Of a stretch of DNA of 64,000 nucleotides, positions 48,542 to 59,123 are shown in pieces (positions within the stretch are counted from its first letter, which is position 1; the number at the start of each line of letters is the position of its first letter). The notes beneath the pieces were generated by a model that was not told the DNA's origin, did not search any database, and saw nothing but the letters and a program-made list of their open reading frames with translations. Origin of the DNA: Afipia sp. (GTDB lineage Bacteria > Pseudomonadota > Alphaproteobacteria > Rhizobiales > Xanthobacteraceae); NCBI GenBank assembly GCA_017308595.1, contig JAFKER010000014.1, forward strand, positions 15,062 to 79,061, given 5' to 3'. Made by a program: the position numbers and the translations under genes.

Positions 48542-49741
48542 TTACTCTGTCTTGGTGTTGGCGTTGGAACTGGTCCGCGGCAATCCATCCTTGCCGGCGC
48601 CCGCGATACGCACCAGATCGCCATCGGCGAGGCCGTCGGGCGGCGACAGAACGATGCGGTCGTCCGGAGCCAGTCCCGTGGCAATTTCGATCTCGCGGCC
48701 GAGATCGCGGGCGATGGTCACTATCTTGAACAGGATCTTGTCACCGGAACTGACCGTGGCAACGCGCAGGCCGCTGCTGTTGAAGATCAGCGCGCTCGAC
48801 GGAATGCTGAGCGGCTGAACATCCCGTGTCAGGTTGATTTTCACATTGGCGAAAGCACCCGGACGCAGCTCCTTGTTCGGATTTTCGATCGACAGCTGCA
48901 TACGCGTCGTTCCCGAGGAGATATCAACCGACTGCGCGGATGCCTCGACCGTCGCCGGGAACGTGCGGTCGGCATATTCAGGCACGGTCACCGATGCCTG
49001 CGATCCCATCCGGATGCCGGGGAGATAGCTCTGCGGCACATTCACATAAAGACGCAGCTTCTTCACGTCGGACACCACGAACATCGCAGCCCCCGAGCCG
49101 GTGCCGCCATTGATGAGCGCACCGACATCCGTATTGCGTTCCGTCACCACGCCGTCGAACGGGGCCGTGACGTTCTTGTAGTTCGCGAGGGCCTCCAGCC
49201 GTTCGACATTCGCCTGCTGCGCACGTACCTGCGCTTCCTTGCTGGCGAGGTCGGCCGAACGCTCGTCGATTTCCTGCTGCGAGACGAAGTTCGAGGCCTG
49301 CAAGGTCTTGCGGCGCGCCAGCGTCGCGGCCGACAGCTTGGCCGCCGCCTGGCTGTTCATGAGATCGGCGCGGGCCTGCAGCAGTTGCTGGTCGAGATCG
49401 GGGGCCTCGATCTCGGCAAGCTTCTGTCCTGCGGTCACCTGCGCTCCGATGTCCGCATTCCAGCTTTTGAGATAGCCGCTGACACGGGCGTAGATCGGCG
49501 CGCGCGAATAGGCTTCAAGGCGTCCCGGCAGTTCGAGCGTCGCGTTGAGCGGCTTGTTGCCCGGCAGCGCCACGGTGACGGACGGAATGGCCTGCGCGTC
49601 AGTCCATTGCTTGAGGTCGGCGTCGCTCTTGGAACGGCTGATAATGCCGGTAACGACGACGACGCCGAGAACGCTGGCGGCAATCATGCCAACCAACTTG
49701 ATCTTTCCTGGCGACACCGAAGGTTTCTTCTCAGGTTGCAT
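48542..49741 (-). CDS. RND efflux periplasmic adaptor (MFP)
   Basis: N-terminal TM; LPGRLEAY, ARVSGYL, APFDGVV, LRPGAFA. Confidence 0.93.
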   Translation of the reverse strand: MQPEKKPSVSPGKIKLVGMIAASVLGVVVVTGIISRSKSDADLKQWTDAQAIPSVTVALPGNKPLNATLELPGRLEAYSRAPIYARVSGYLKSWNADIGAQVTAGQKLAEIEAPDLDQQLLQARADLMNSQAAAKLSAATLARRKTLQASNFVSQQEIDERSADLASKEAQVRAQQANVERLEALANYKNVTAPFDGVVTERNTDVGALINGGTGSGAAMFVVSDVKKLRLYVNVPQSYLPGIRMGSQASVTVPEYADRTFPATVEASAQSVDISSGTTRMQLSIENPNKELRPGAFANVKINLTRDVQPLSIPSSALIFNSSGLRVATVSSGDKILFKIVTIARDLGREIEIATGLAPDDRIVLSPPDGLADGDLVRIAGAGKDGLPRTSSNANTKTE

Positions 49742-52700
49742 GAACGAGCTCCGGAGCAGGCGCGGGTTTCGCCGACTGCTTCTTGTGAACCATACTGAAA
49801 ACCACAGGGACAAAGATCAGGGTCGCCACGGTCGCGAAAATCAGTCCGCCGATCACCGCACGGCCGAGCGGCGCGTTCTGTTCGCCGCCCTCGCCGAGGC
49901 CCAGCGCCATCGGCGTCATGCCGATGATCATCGCGAGCGCCGTCATGAGAACCGGGCGGATGCGGACGAAGCCGGCATCCAGCGCGGCGGCGACCGGATC
50001 GCCAAGTTCCTCATAACGCTCCCGCGCGAAGGCGATCACCAGCACCGAGTTGGCTGTCGCGACGCCCATGCACATGATCGCGCCGGTCAGCGCCGGCACC
50101 GACAGCGTGGTGTGCGTCGCGAACAGCATCCAGATGATCCCGGCCAGCGCCGCGGGCAGCGCCGACACGATGACGAACGGATCGGCCCATGACTGGAAGT
50201 TGACCACAATCAGAAGATAGATCAGCACGATTGCGCCGAGCAGGCCGAACAGCAGGCCCGCGAAGGCGCTGTTCATGGTCTCGACCTGTCCGAGCAACAC
50301 CACGCGGCTGCCGCGCGGCAGTTCCTTGGCGGTCTCGTCGATCGCCTTCTGGATATCCTTGGCGACCGCGCCAAGATCCCTTCCCTGCGGGGTCGCGAAA
50401 ATCTGCACCATGGTTTGAATGTCGTATTGCGACACCACGGCGCTGGACGCAGAACGGTTGATCTCTGCGATGCCGCCCAGCATCGGCGCCGTCGGCGCTC
50501 CGGTGCCGGAAATCGGCAGCGCCTCCAGCTTGCTCAGCGAGTCAATCTGGTATTGCGGCGTCTGCATCACGATCGAATAGGACACGCCGTTGTTCGGATC
50601 GAGGAAGAATGTCGGCGCGACCTGCGAGCTGCCCGCCAGATTCACCACCATGCTGTTGGTCACGTCGCGCGCGGTCAGACCGACATACTGCGCGCGGGTG
50701 CGGTCCACGTCCACATTGAAGGCGGGACTGCTGGGCGACTGCTGGATGCGCGCATCGGCAACGCCGGGAATGAGGCGGACGCGCCGCAGCAGATTGTTGG
50801 CGTATTTGAAGTTCTCCACCGTGTTGGCGCCGCGCACCTGAATGTCGATCGGCGCAGGCGATCCGAAATTCAGGATCTGGCTGACGATATCGGCGGGAAG
50901 AAACGCAAACGAAATGCCCGGGAATTCGCGCGGCAGCTTCTCGCGAAGCTCGCGGACATATTCCTCGGTCGGCTTACGGTTTTCCTTCAGCTTGATCTGG
51001 ATGTCGCCGTCCTGCGGGCCGATAACGCCGGTGTTGCTATAGGTCAGGTTGATGCCCGAGATCGGCATACCGATATTGTCGGCCATGGTGTCGATCTTGT
51101 CGGGCGGGATAATCTGCCGGATGAACTTCTGAACGTCCGCGAGCCGGTTGGCGGTTTCCTCGACGCGGGTCCCGATCTGCGAGCGGGTATGGATCAGAAT
51201 CTGGCCAGTATCGACCGCCGGGAAGAAGTTGCGGCCGAGAAACGGAACCAGCAGGAACGACAGTCCGACGAATCCGAGGAAGCAGACGACGAACACCTTG
51301 CGGTGAGTGAGCGCCATGCGAAGCAGATCGTGATAGACGTCGCGGAACCGCTCGAACCGCGCTTCGAACCCGCGCTGGAATGCAACCAGCGGATTGCGCG
51401 TCGGCGGCTTCTCCCCGTCCTCATGATGGACGTGCTTGTGCAGCATGTACTTCGCCATCGTCGGCACCAGCGTGCGTGACAGGATGAACGACCAGATCAT
51501 GGCGAAGATCACCGACAGCGCCATCGGCACGAACAGGAAGCGCGACACGCCGGTCAGGAAGAACATCGGCACGAACACGATGCAGATACACAGCATCGAG
51601 ACGAAAGCCGGCGTCACGATCTGACGCGCGCCGTCGAGGATCGATTCCTCGACCTCCTTGCCCTGCTCCAGATGCCAGTTGATGTTCTCGACGGTCACGG
51701 TCGCGTCATCGACCAGGATGCCCACCGCCAGCGCGAGGCCCCCGAGCGTCATGATGTTGAGCGTCTCACCCACGGCGGCAAGACAAATGATCGCGCCGAG
51801 CACCGACAGCGGGATCGAGATCGCGATGATGATGGTCGAGCGCCAGCTTCCGAGGAAAAGCAGGATCATGACGCTGGTCAGCGCCGCCGCCAGGATACCC
51901 TCGAAGGCGACACCGGCGATGGCACCGCGCACGAAGATCGACTGGTCGCCGAGCAGATTGACCCGCAACTGTTCCGGCAACTGATCCTTGGTATCGATGA
52001 TTTTCTGCTTGATGCCCGCGATGATATCGAGCGTCGATGTCGCGCCCGCCTTCAACACCATCATCAGCACCGAACGCGTGCCATCGACATGGACGATATT
52101 GGTCTGCGGAGGATTGCCGTCGCGGACCTGTGCCACATCGCGGATATAGACTGTCGCGCCGTTGACGACCTTGATCGGCAGGTTGCCCAGTTCCTCGATC
52201 TTGCGCGGCGCGTTATTGAGCTGGATGTTGTACTCGAAATTGCCGATCTTCTGGGTGCCGACCGGCGTAATCAGGTTCTGCGCGGCGAGTGCGTTGGCAA
52301 CATCCTGCCCGGACAGGCCGAGCGCCTGCATCGCGGCCGGATTGATATCGAGCTGGATCTGGCGCTGCTTGCCGCCGAACGGCCACGGGATCGCCGCGCC
52401 CGGTACGGTCACCAATGGCGTACGCAACTGGTTGGTGGCGATGTCGAACATATTCTGCTCGGTCAGCCCCTCGCCGCCGAGCGCGAGCTGAATGATCGGC
52501 ACGGTCGACGCGCTGTAATTCAGGATCAGCGGCGGCGTCGAACCGGGTGGCAATTGCCGCAACATGGTCTGCGCGATGGCAGTCACTTGCGCGTTCGCGG
52601 TGCGGATATCGACGTTCGGCTGGAAGAAGATCTTGATGACGCCGTAAGTGGTGTACGAGTTGGCGGTGATATGCTCGATGTCATTGACCGTGGTGGTCAG

Positions 52701-52913
52701 TGCGCGCTGGAACGGCGTCACGATACGGCCGGACATCTGATCCGGCGGCAGGCCGGTGTACTGCCACACCACGCCGATCACCGGGATGCGAATTTCCGGA
52801 AAGATATCCGTCGGCGTGCGCAGGGCTGCCAGCGGCCCCACAATCAGCAGGAGGAGCGCGAGCACGACAAACGTATAGGGTCGGCTCAGGGCAATCCGGA
52901 CAAGCGCATTCAT
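49731..52913 (-). CDS. RND efflux permease subunit
   Basis: 1060 aa; DIFPEI, GILVDDATV, RIRPVLMT, PLGRAVIGGL. Confidence 0.95.
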   Translation of the reverse strand: MNALVRIALSRPYTFVVLALLLLIVGPLAALRTPTDIFPEIRIPVIGVVWQYTGLPPDQMSGRIVTPFQRALTTTVNDIEHITANSYTTYGVIKIFFQPNVDIRTANAQVTAIAQTMLRQLPPGSTPPLILNYSASTVPIIQLALGGEGLTEQNMFDIATNQLRTPLVTVPGAAIPWPFGGKQRQIQLDINPAAMQALGLSGQDVANALAAQNLITPVGTQKIGNFEYNIQLNNAPRKIEELGNLPIKVVNGATVYIRDVAQVRDGNPPQTNIVHVDGTRSVLMMVLKAGATSTLDIIAGIKQKIIDTKDQLPEQLRVNLLGDQSIFVRGAIAGVAFEGILAAALTSVMILLFLGSWRSTIIIAISIPLSVLGAIICLAAVGETLNIMTLGGLALAVGILVDDATVTVENINWHLEQGKEVEESILDGARQIVTPAFVSMLCICIVFVPMFFLTGVSRFLFVPMALSVIFAMIWSFILSRTLVPTMAKYMLHKHVHHEDGEKPPTRNPLVAFQRGFEARFERFRDVYHDLLRMALTHRKVFVVCFLGFVGLSFLLVPFLGRNFFPAVDTGQILIHTRSQIGTRVEETANRLADVQKFIRQIIPPDKIDTMADNIGMPISGINLTYSNTGVIGPQDGDIQIKLKENRKPTEEYVRELREKLPREFPGISFAFLPADIVSQILNFGSPAPIDIQVRGANTVENFKYANNLLRRVRLIPGVADARIQQSPSSPAFNVDVDRTRAQYVGLTARDVTNSMVVNLAGSSQVAPTFFLDPNNGVSYSIVMQTPQYQIDSLSKLEALPISGTGAPTAPMLGGIAEINRSASSAVVSQYDIQTMVQIFATPQGRDLGAVAKDIQKAIDETAKELPRGSRVVLLGQVETMNSAFAGLLFGLLGAIVLIYLLIVVNFQSWADPFVIVSALPAALAGIIWMLFATHTTLSVPALTGAIMCMGVATANSVLVIAFARERYEELGDPVAAALDAGFVRIRPVLMTALAMIIGMTPMALGLGEGGEQNAPLGRAVIGGLIFATVATLIFVPVVFSMVHKKQSAKPAPAPELVHAT

Positions 52914-53268
52914 CGGTTAACGTTTCTCGGTCGGCAGACGCGGCATGGCCCCTGCGGGAAAGACCTGTTGTCTTAACGCTTTATATTCAGGAGTTGATCT
53001 ATCCGAATCTGGCGCCGTGGCGCAACGCCACCGACCTCACAGTCGCTTGTTCGGAGCGTTCCGGACGCCCTTTTTAAGGCTTTTTGGCTGATTGGCCGCC
53101 TCCCGAGACTAATTTATCACAAGATCATCTGGGTCTGGGTTACGACCGCGACCAGCCTGCCTGCTCCCTTTCCAGCCGAGTTTGCCAGACCTAGGTCCCC
53201 TGGATCCGCTGCCCCCGATGGACCGGGTGGCACAGCCCATCACGACATCAACGGAAACCAGACAGCAC

Positions 53269-53310
53269 AGCCAGCCAAGAAGTCTGCACAAGCAGACTGT
53301 GTGGCTGGCT
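53269..53310. terminator. Hairpin downstream of the porin gene
   Basis: agccagcc..agtctgc-acaa-gcagact..ggctggct; weak U-tract. Confidence 0.35.
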
Positions 53311-53337
53311 CAACTCTGATCGCAAAAAGTAACCGGC

Positions 53338-54177
53338 TTAGAATCGATAGTTCGCGCCAAAACGGACCACGTTGAAATGGAGGTCCGAAAAATGCGCATT
53401 AAACGAGGTGGGAGGATTTGCTCCCAAGGGACGCGCGAACACTGTCGTATCGCTGCTGCCGAGGTTTACGTACAGATATTCAACCTTGAACGTCACATTG
53501 CTCCACGCGGCGTATTCCAAGCCGCCACCGGCCGTGTAACCGACGAGGACCTTCGAAGAACCACCGGTGAAGCAGCCGACCGGAAACGTAATACAATCGT
53601 GGCTGGACCCACCGCCCGCACCCGCAGATGCCGCGGCCGTCGTCATGCTCACCGAGAGATTTTCTTTAACCGACCCGTAAGCCAAGCCGCCGGTGCCATA
53701 AATCAGCAGTTTATCGTTTGCAAGCCAGCCCGCGCGAGCGCGCAATGTTCCAAACCACTCAACCTTTTGCTCGCTCGAGATTGCTGCAGGATCGATCCAG
53801 GCGAAATTTGCCACGCTCGAATTCTTGATCCCGCTTCCCTGGAAATCCGCTTCAACGCCAATGAGCCAGTTCGGTGCGGCCTGATAATTGTAGCCGATCT
53901 GGCCACCGCCGAGCACGCCGGCAACATCATAAGCAAACTGTTGCGATGCCGGCATCCGGGCCGCGGCGTGCGCATCGTTCGGTGTGGATGTGACCGTCGG
54001 ATCGCTAAAACCGTAGCCGATGTTTACGCCCGCATAAAAACCGGTCCAGTTTGCGACAGCGACGGCTGGTGCCTTGGTGTAAACGGGCCGCGCCGCAATG
54101 TCAGCAGATTGCGCAGATGAACTGGCCGCCAACAAAACAGCCGAAATCAGAATTGTCTTTTTCAAATTCGCCCCCAT
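53338..54177 (-). CDS. Outer-membrane beta-barrel protein (Omp25/RopB-like)
   Basis: Signal peptide, ADIAARPVYTKAP, WTGFYAG, GGGQIGYN, GTLRARAG, C-terminal GANYRF. Confidence 0.9.
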   Translation of the reverse strand: MGANLKKTILISAVLLAASSSAQSADIAARPVYTKAPAVAVANWTGFYAGVNIGYGFSDPTVTSTPNDAHAAARMPASQQFAYDVAGVLGGGQIGYNYQAAPNWLIGVEADFQGSGIKNSSVANFAWIDPAAISSEQKVEWFGTLRARAGWLANDKLLIYGTGGLAYGSVKENLSVSMTTAAASAGAGGGSSHDCITFPVGCFTGGSSKVLVGYTAGGGLEYAAWSNVTFKVEYLYVNLGSSDTTVFARPLGANPPTSFNAHFSDLHFNVVRFGANYRF

Positions 54178-54302
54178 CAAAACGGGAATCAAAAAAATAT
54201 AAAATCTGGTTCTATTATACCTGAGAACCGCCGCCGCCGTATTGCACCGCTGCAACATCCAAAAGTTTATCGACGAAGACGGATGGCAAACGAAGGTTCC
54301 CT

Positions 54303-54701
54303 TCAGAGCACCAGTTGGGTCTGGGTCACGACCGCCACCAGCTTGCCCTCTTCCGTTTCCAGCCGGGTCTGCCAGACCTGCGTCCGCCGCCCAAGATGGA
54401 CCGGGGTCGCCGTGGCCGTAACGGTCGCGCCTGCCTTGGCACCGCCGACAAAGTTGGTCTTGCTTTCGATGGTGGTGGTTCCCTTGGCGTCCGGCGGCAG
54501 GTTGATCACGGTCGCCGCCGCGCCGACGGAATCGGCGAAGGCCATCACCGCGCCGCCATGGATCGTGTGGCCAAGGGTGCAGAGGTCTTCCCGGACTACC
54601 ATGGTCGCCACCACCTTGTCCGGCTCGGCCTGCGTGAAAGTCACTCCCATCAGAACAGCGAGCGGCATCGGCCGTGACTGGATCTTTTCAAGCAGGCTCA
54701 A
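54303..54701 (-). CDS. PaaI-family hotdog thioesterase
   Basis: HGGAVMAFADS, TTIESKTNF, HLGRRTQVW; TTG start after ggagg. Confidence 0.92.
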   Translation of the reverse strand: MSLLEKIQSRPMPLAVLMGVTFTQAEPDKVVATMVVREDLCTLGHTIHGGAVMAFADSVGAAATVINLPPDAKGTTTIESKTNFVGGAKAGATVTATATPVHLGRRTQVWQTRLETEEGKLVAVVTQTQLVL

Positions 54702-54783
54702 GCGGCCCCTCCATCTGTTAAAGCGATACACGAAGCTGCTGCCGGAGGCGCGAGCCAGTTAAAGTAACGGATGAAGTCCAATT

Positions 54784-56076
54784 TCATGCCGCGTCCACGC
54801 CGCACCAGTTCGCCACGAACAGCGCGATGGCGCGCGTCGTTTTGCGCAGGGATTCGATCTCCACGCGTTCATTGAAACCGTGCATCGCCTCGGCATTGGC
54901 CCCGAAGCAGAGGCTCGGGATACCGGCGTTGAGACCATAGAACCGGGTATCGGTCAGCGCGGTAAACGCCAGTTCCTTCATCGGCCCGCCATAGACAGTC
55001 TCATAGGCCGAGCGCAGCACGGCTTCGGAGTCCTCTGCCCCCGTCAGTTCATAGCCCTCGGACAGAAAGCCGGACCACTCAACGACCGGCGGGTTCTTCG
55101 CCAGAAACGGATGCTGTTTCGCTGCGGCTTCGACACAGGCGACGATCTCGGCCTGATGATCGGGAATCGACCAGCCCGGCAGCACCGCGATACGGCAATC
55201 GAGATCGCACCACGCTGGAACCGACGACGCCCAGTCGCCCCCCTTGATGATGCCGGGATTGAAATTGATGGGATGCTTCACGACCTTGAAGTGCCTGTCG
55301 CTCGCAGCCCGCCGGTTCCAGTCCTCCTCCAGCCCTTCAAGCGCCTGAACGAGGTGATAGGCCGCCTTGATCGCATTGGCCCCTGCTCCCGCCTCGAACA
55401 CATGCACCGGCTTGCCGCGCACCTTGAGGCGAAACCAGATCACGCCGACCTGCGAGCGCACCAGCTTGCCGTTGGTCGGCTCCGGGATGAAACAGCAGTC
55501 GGCGCGATAGCCGCGCTGCACCGTGGAGAGCGCGCCGACGCCGGTGCTCTCCTCTTCGATGACGGACTGAAAGTGAATCCGCGCTGTCGGCTTCAACCCC
55601 GCCGCACGTAACGCATCGAGCGCATAAAGCGCAGCGATGGTGCCGGACTTCATGTCGCCCGCGCCGCGACCATAGAGCCAGCCATCCCTCACCGTCGGCG
55701 AGAATGGCGGTGTATCCCACATGTCGAGCGGGCCGGCCGGCACCACATCGCAGTGCCCTTGCAGGATCAGCGAACGGCCCGCCTCACGCACCGGACGATA
55801 TGTGCCGACCACGCTGCGCGCGCGGGAGAAATCATGCTCGATCGGGCCGAAGCCGCGCAGGTCTTTCAGGTCATCGACATTGATGCGCCAGTCATCCACC
55901 TCAAAGCCGCGCTCGCGCAGCAGATCATGCATCATGTCCTGACACGGGCCTTCCGCGCCACGGGTCGAGGGAATGGCCGAGAACTGCTTCGTGGTCTCGA
56001 TCTGCCGGTCGAAGGCATCGTCCACCGCATCGAGAATGCGGCGCTGGACCTCGTTCGAGGTGGCTTTGGCGTCCAT
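54784..56076 (-). CDS. ArgE/DapE-family (M20) deacylase
   Basis: GHCDVVP, GRGAGDMKSG, VIEEES, HGFNE. Confidence 0.92.
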   Translation of the reverse strand: MDAKATSNEVQRRILDAVDDAFDRQIETTKQFSAIPSTRGAEGPCQDMMHDLLRERGFEVDDWRINVDDLKDLRGFGPIEHDFSRARSVVGTYRPVREAGRSLILQGHCDVVPAGPLDMWDTPPFSPTVRDGWLYGRGAGDMKSGTIAALYALDALRAAGLKPTARIHFQSVIEEESTGVGALSTVQRGYRADCCFIPEPTNGKLVRSQVGVIWFRLKVRGKPVHVFEAGAGANAIKAAYHLVQALEGLEEDWNRRAASDRHFKVVKHPINFNPGIIKGGDWASSVPAWCDLDCRIAVLPGWSIPDHQAEIVACVEAAAKQHPFLAKNPPVVEWSGFLSEGYELTGAEDSEAVLRSAYETVYGGPMKELAFTALTDTRFYGLNAGIPSLCFGANAEAMHGFNERVEIESLRKTTRAIALFVANWCGVDAA

Positions 56077-56325
56077 CGCGTTCCATCCCTTCATGCCCGC
56101 GTCTGCCGCGCGGATTGCGGGCGTGAGTGTAGCCAGTTTTACGGGACTGTTGGAAGTGAAGCGATGACCCCGGAGGTAAACGGCGAGGTCCGGGCCGCAC
56201 GAGAACCGGAGAAGATTCCGAGACTGCCAGTCTGGTTGAACCTTATGTCGCGAAGCAACCACTCATGGTAGCAGCCGATACAGGGGTCCAAGCGGATCGA
56301 TCCCGCTCCAGCCAAGTGTTACACA

Positions 56326-56973
56326 ATGCCCATGACGTCCGATCGATTTCAATACTCAGCCCTTGCGCTGATGCTGCTGGCGATAGTGCTCGCCTGGTAC
56401 AAGGGACGGCGCGCCGTTTCTGCGGACGGACGGTCGCTCGCCTGGACTTACGTTCCCCTGATTGCTTTTTTGACGGTCTCTCTCGGCCCGAGCGTGGTCG
56501 CTACGTTTCTCTATCTCGGCACCAAATCCGGTCTGCTGCAGGCCGCACCATCCGGCGTTCGATTTTCATCGTTCATTTTTCAGCTCCCGCTTGATTTCGC
56601 GGTCATGAACTGGGGATTTGTTGCCCTGTATGTGGTTTGCCGGCTGTATCCGAATTTTCGATCGGCGCGGTCTGCGATGTGGGTTTCCACAATCGTGATG
56701 TGTGTTTTGAACGTGCCGCTGTTCTTCCTGGCACCCGACATGATCTCCAACGTCTTCGATGCGGGCCAGGGCATCGGCATTATTCAGGCCATACTCAGCA
56801 TGCCGCTCTGGTTCGGTTCATACCCCGGTTTTCTTGATCCCAGTTCAGGCATTGGCCGTCTTGTCTTCGCGCCGCTCGCACCCATTCCGTTATCTGGCTT
56901 GATTGTCTGGATCGCTGCACAACTCATCGGAGGCTCCGCCGGTTCTCCGAGACGGAAAACCGCGCGGCCGTAA
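56326..56973 (+). CDS. Uncharacterised multi-pass membrane protein
   Basis: About 5-6 hydrophobic segments; no family recognised. Confidence 0.6.
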   Translation: MPMTSDRFQYSALALMLLAIVLAWYKGRRAVSADGRSLAWTYVPLIAFLTVSLGPSVVATFLYLGTKSGLLQAAPSGVRFSSFIFQLPLDFAVMNWGFVALYVVCRLYPNFRSARSAMWVSTIVMCVLNVPLFFLAPDMISNVFDAGQGIGIIQAILSMPLWFGSYPGFLDPSSGIGRLVFAPLAPIPLSGLIVWIAAQLIGGSAGSPRRKTARP

Positions 56974-57060
56974 GGCACCGGAGGCACCAGCCGTCTCCGG
57001 TAAGAAAGATATTTCCCAAGTCGTCAGATCCCATGCGACGACCGGAGCGTGGCGGACGGA

Positions 57061-57669
57061 TCAATACCCGACCGTGAACCGCTGCTTGGTGTGCGCGGGC
57101 TTCTCCACCTCATCCGCAAGTGCGATCGCATAATCCGCGAACGAGATGCTGCTGCCCTTCTCATTGCTCAGCAGTTGATCTTTGCCGAGGCGGAATGTGC
57201 CGGTGCGCGGCCCGTCGAAGAACAGTGCCGACGGTGAGAGGAACGTCCAGTCCAAAGCCTTTTCCTGACGCAGCAGCGCAAGGAAATCGCCGCCCTTGAA
57301 TGCTTCCGCCTTGTATTCGGCGGGAAAGCCAGGCGTCGTGACCAGCGCAACGCCGGGCGCGACCTCGAGACTGCCCGCGCCGCCAACCACCAGATAACGC
57401 GTCACGCCCGCCGCCTTCACGGCGTCGATGAGAATCTGCGGATCGCTTGCGGTGAAATGCACAGCGCTGACGACAGCGTCATGCCCCTTCAGCAATTCTG
57501 TCAGTCCGGCTTTATCGAACACGTCGCCTTTCTTCGCGGTGACGTTGGCGCCCGCAGGCACCTTCTCCGGATTGCGGACGATGGCAGTGACGTGATGGCC
57601 GCGGCGAACCAGTTCCTTCAGAATTTCCGAACCTGCGCGGCCGGTGGCTCCGATCAGTGCGATATTCAT
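57061..57669 (-). CDS. NAD(P)-binding oxidoreductase (NAD(P)H-binding/YwnB-like)
   Basis: IALIGATGRAG, VVGGAGSL, WTFLSP, ISFADYA. Confidence 0.92.
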   Translation of the reverse strand: MNIALIGATGRAGSEILKELVRRGHHVTAIVRNPEKVPAGANVTAKKGDVFDKAGLTELLKGHDAVVSAVHFTASDPQILIDAVKAAGVTRYLVVGGAGSLEVAPGVALVTTPGFPAEYKAEAFKGGDFLALLRQEKALDWTFLSPSALFFDGPRTGTFRLGKDQLLSNEKGSSISFADYAIALADEVEKPAHTKQRFTVGY

Positions 57670-57691
57670 GATTTGCGTCCTTTGCGCGATA

Positions 57692-57710
57692 TGGTATCAA
57701 ATGGATACCA
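57692..57710. promoter_or_regulatory. Candidate operator of the HxlR regulator
   Basis: Perfect dyad tggtatc-aaatg-gatacca between the divergent oxidoreductase and regulator. Confidence 0.55.
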
Positions 57711-57729
57711 ACTAACCAATGGACATCAG

Positions 57730-58200
57730 ATGCCCACAAGCAACGCCGTTGTGAAGAAGGCACTTTCCCGAGACATGGTTCCTTCGGAGAAACCCAAAGC
57801 CGCCCGGGCATCGAAGGCTGCGCGCGGGAACTGGCCCGCCAATCCCTATGCGGAAGATTGCCCGACACGGCTGGTGCTCGACCGCATCGCCGACAAATGG
57901 ACCGTGCTGCTGCTCATTCTTCTTTCGCGCCGTCCGTGGCGCTTCAACGAACTGCGCCGCGAGATCGGCGGGCTGACACAGAAGATGGCCTCACAGACTT
58001 TAAAGGGGCTCGAGCGCGACGGCCTTGTCACGCGCAAGGTGACGCCGACGGTTCCGGTCACTGTCGAGTATTCGATCACGCCGCTTGGCCGCACACTCAG
58101 TGAGACGGTCGATGCGCTGCGCATGTGGGCCGAGCGGCACATGGGTGATGTCGCCAAGGCCCAGTCGCAATATGACCGGACCAAGGCAACAACTGTGTAG
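57730..58200 (+). CDS. HxlR-family winged-helix regulator
   Basis: CPTRLVLDRIADKWT, RFNELRR, LKGLERDGLV, VEYSITPLG. Confidence 0.92.
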   Translation: MPTSNAVVKKALSRDMVPSEKPKAARASKAARGNWPANPYAEDCPTRLVLDRIADKWTVLLLILLSRRPWRFNELRREIGGLTQKMASQTLKGLERDGLVTRKVTPTVPVTVEYSITPLGRTLSETVDALRMWAERHMGDVAKAQSQYDRTKATTV

Positions 58201-58372
58201 ATTAGGTCACACACACGAGCTTTGTGCGGATGTTCTTCGTGCGTTCGCAACAGTTGATGAGGTGTTTTAGGCTTGCGCGCTAGGATGGCGCATCATCGGC
58301 GACGGTCTAGAGAGTTTACGATGACATCTCGCCGGCGATGAGAATGAGCTCCCAAACTCAAGGAGAGCAATC

Positions 58373-58564
58373 ATGCCAGCCTATGCGCAGCATCACCCGA
58401 GGCGTCAGATTTTCCACGCAGCGATGACCGTGTGTCCAAGCTGCCTGAGCCTGCCCATGCAGATCAGAGAGGTTCATCCCCATTGGGATCTGGCGCGGGT
58501 CGACTTCGTTTATGAATGCCCGGCCTGCTGCACCGAAGTCCGGGAAACCGTCGCGAAGCACTGA
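58373..58564 (+). CDS. Small zinc-ribbon protein
   Basis: RBS aggag; CPSC...CPAC; similar to 40129..40446. Confidence 0.7.
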   Translation: MPAYAQHHPRRQIFHAAMTVCPSCLSLPMQIREVHPHWDLARVDFVYECPACCTEVRETVAKH

Positions 58565-58616
58565 TTGCCAGTTCGCGCTGCCTATGAGAATCAGGGTCGT
58601 CCGACTACGATGAGGC

Positions 58617-58946
58617 ATGACCTACGCCTACCTCATCGCCGCGATCATCCTTGAGGTGATTGGAACTTCCGCGCTGCAGGCGTCGGAGCAATTCACCAAG
58701 CCGAAGCCGCTGATCCTCACAGTGCTCGGCTATGCCGCCTCGTTCTATTTTCTGTCGCTCGTGCTGCGGAGCATGCCGGTCGGGATCGCCTACGCGATCT
58801 GGTCGGGCCTTGGCATCGTGCTGATCACACTTGTCGGCCTTGTCTGGTTCGGCCAGAAACTCGATATGCCGGCCGTCATCGGGCTTGCGCTGATTATTGC
58901 GGGCGTCGGCACCATCAACCTGTTTTCATCAACCGTTTCACACTGA
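58617..58946 (+). CDS. SMR-family multidrug efflux protein (EmrE/QacE-like)
   Basis: 110 aa, 4 TM, conserved E14 (AIILEVIGT), PVGIAYAIWSGLG. Confidence 0.93.
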   Translation: MTYAYLIAAIILEVIGTSALQASEQFTKPKPLILTVLGYAASFYFLSLVLRSMPVGIAYAIWSGLGIVLITLVGLVWFGQKLDMPAVIGLALIIAGVGTINLFSSTVSH

Positions 58947-58965
58947 GCTATTGGAGACACCGCGC

Positions 58966-59115
58966 ATGAACAATCGCAACATCCTCTACGCAGTCGTCGG
59001 CGCGCTCGTGATCGCGGTCGCCGTCCTTGGCTACAAGGTCTATCAGGACAATCGCGAGCCGAAGGGTCTGCAGATCAATGTCGGCCCGGGCGGCGTCAAA
59101 ATCCAGAACAAGTGA
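58966..59115 (+). CDS. Small single-TM protein (49 aa)
   Basis: RBS ggag; NILYAVVGALVIAVAVLGY, then a charged tail. Confidence 0.7.
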   Translation: MNNRNILYAVVGALVIAVAVLGYKVYQDNREPKGLQINVGPGGVKIQNK

Positions 59116-59123
59116 GCTGTTGC

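Noticed and set aside
53109-53291. 60-aa minus-strand ORF with a lipobox-like VMGC
   Set aside because: TTG start inside a hairpin, no RBS, and an Asp in the supposed hydrophobic core; probably non-coding.
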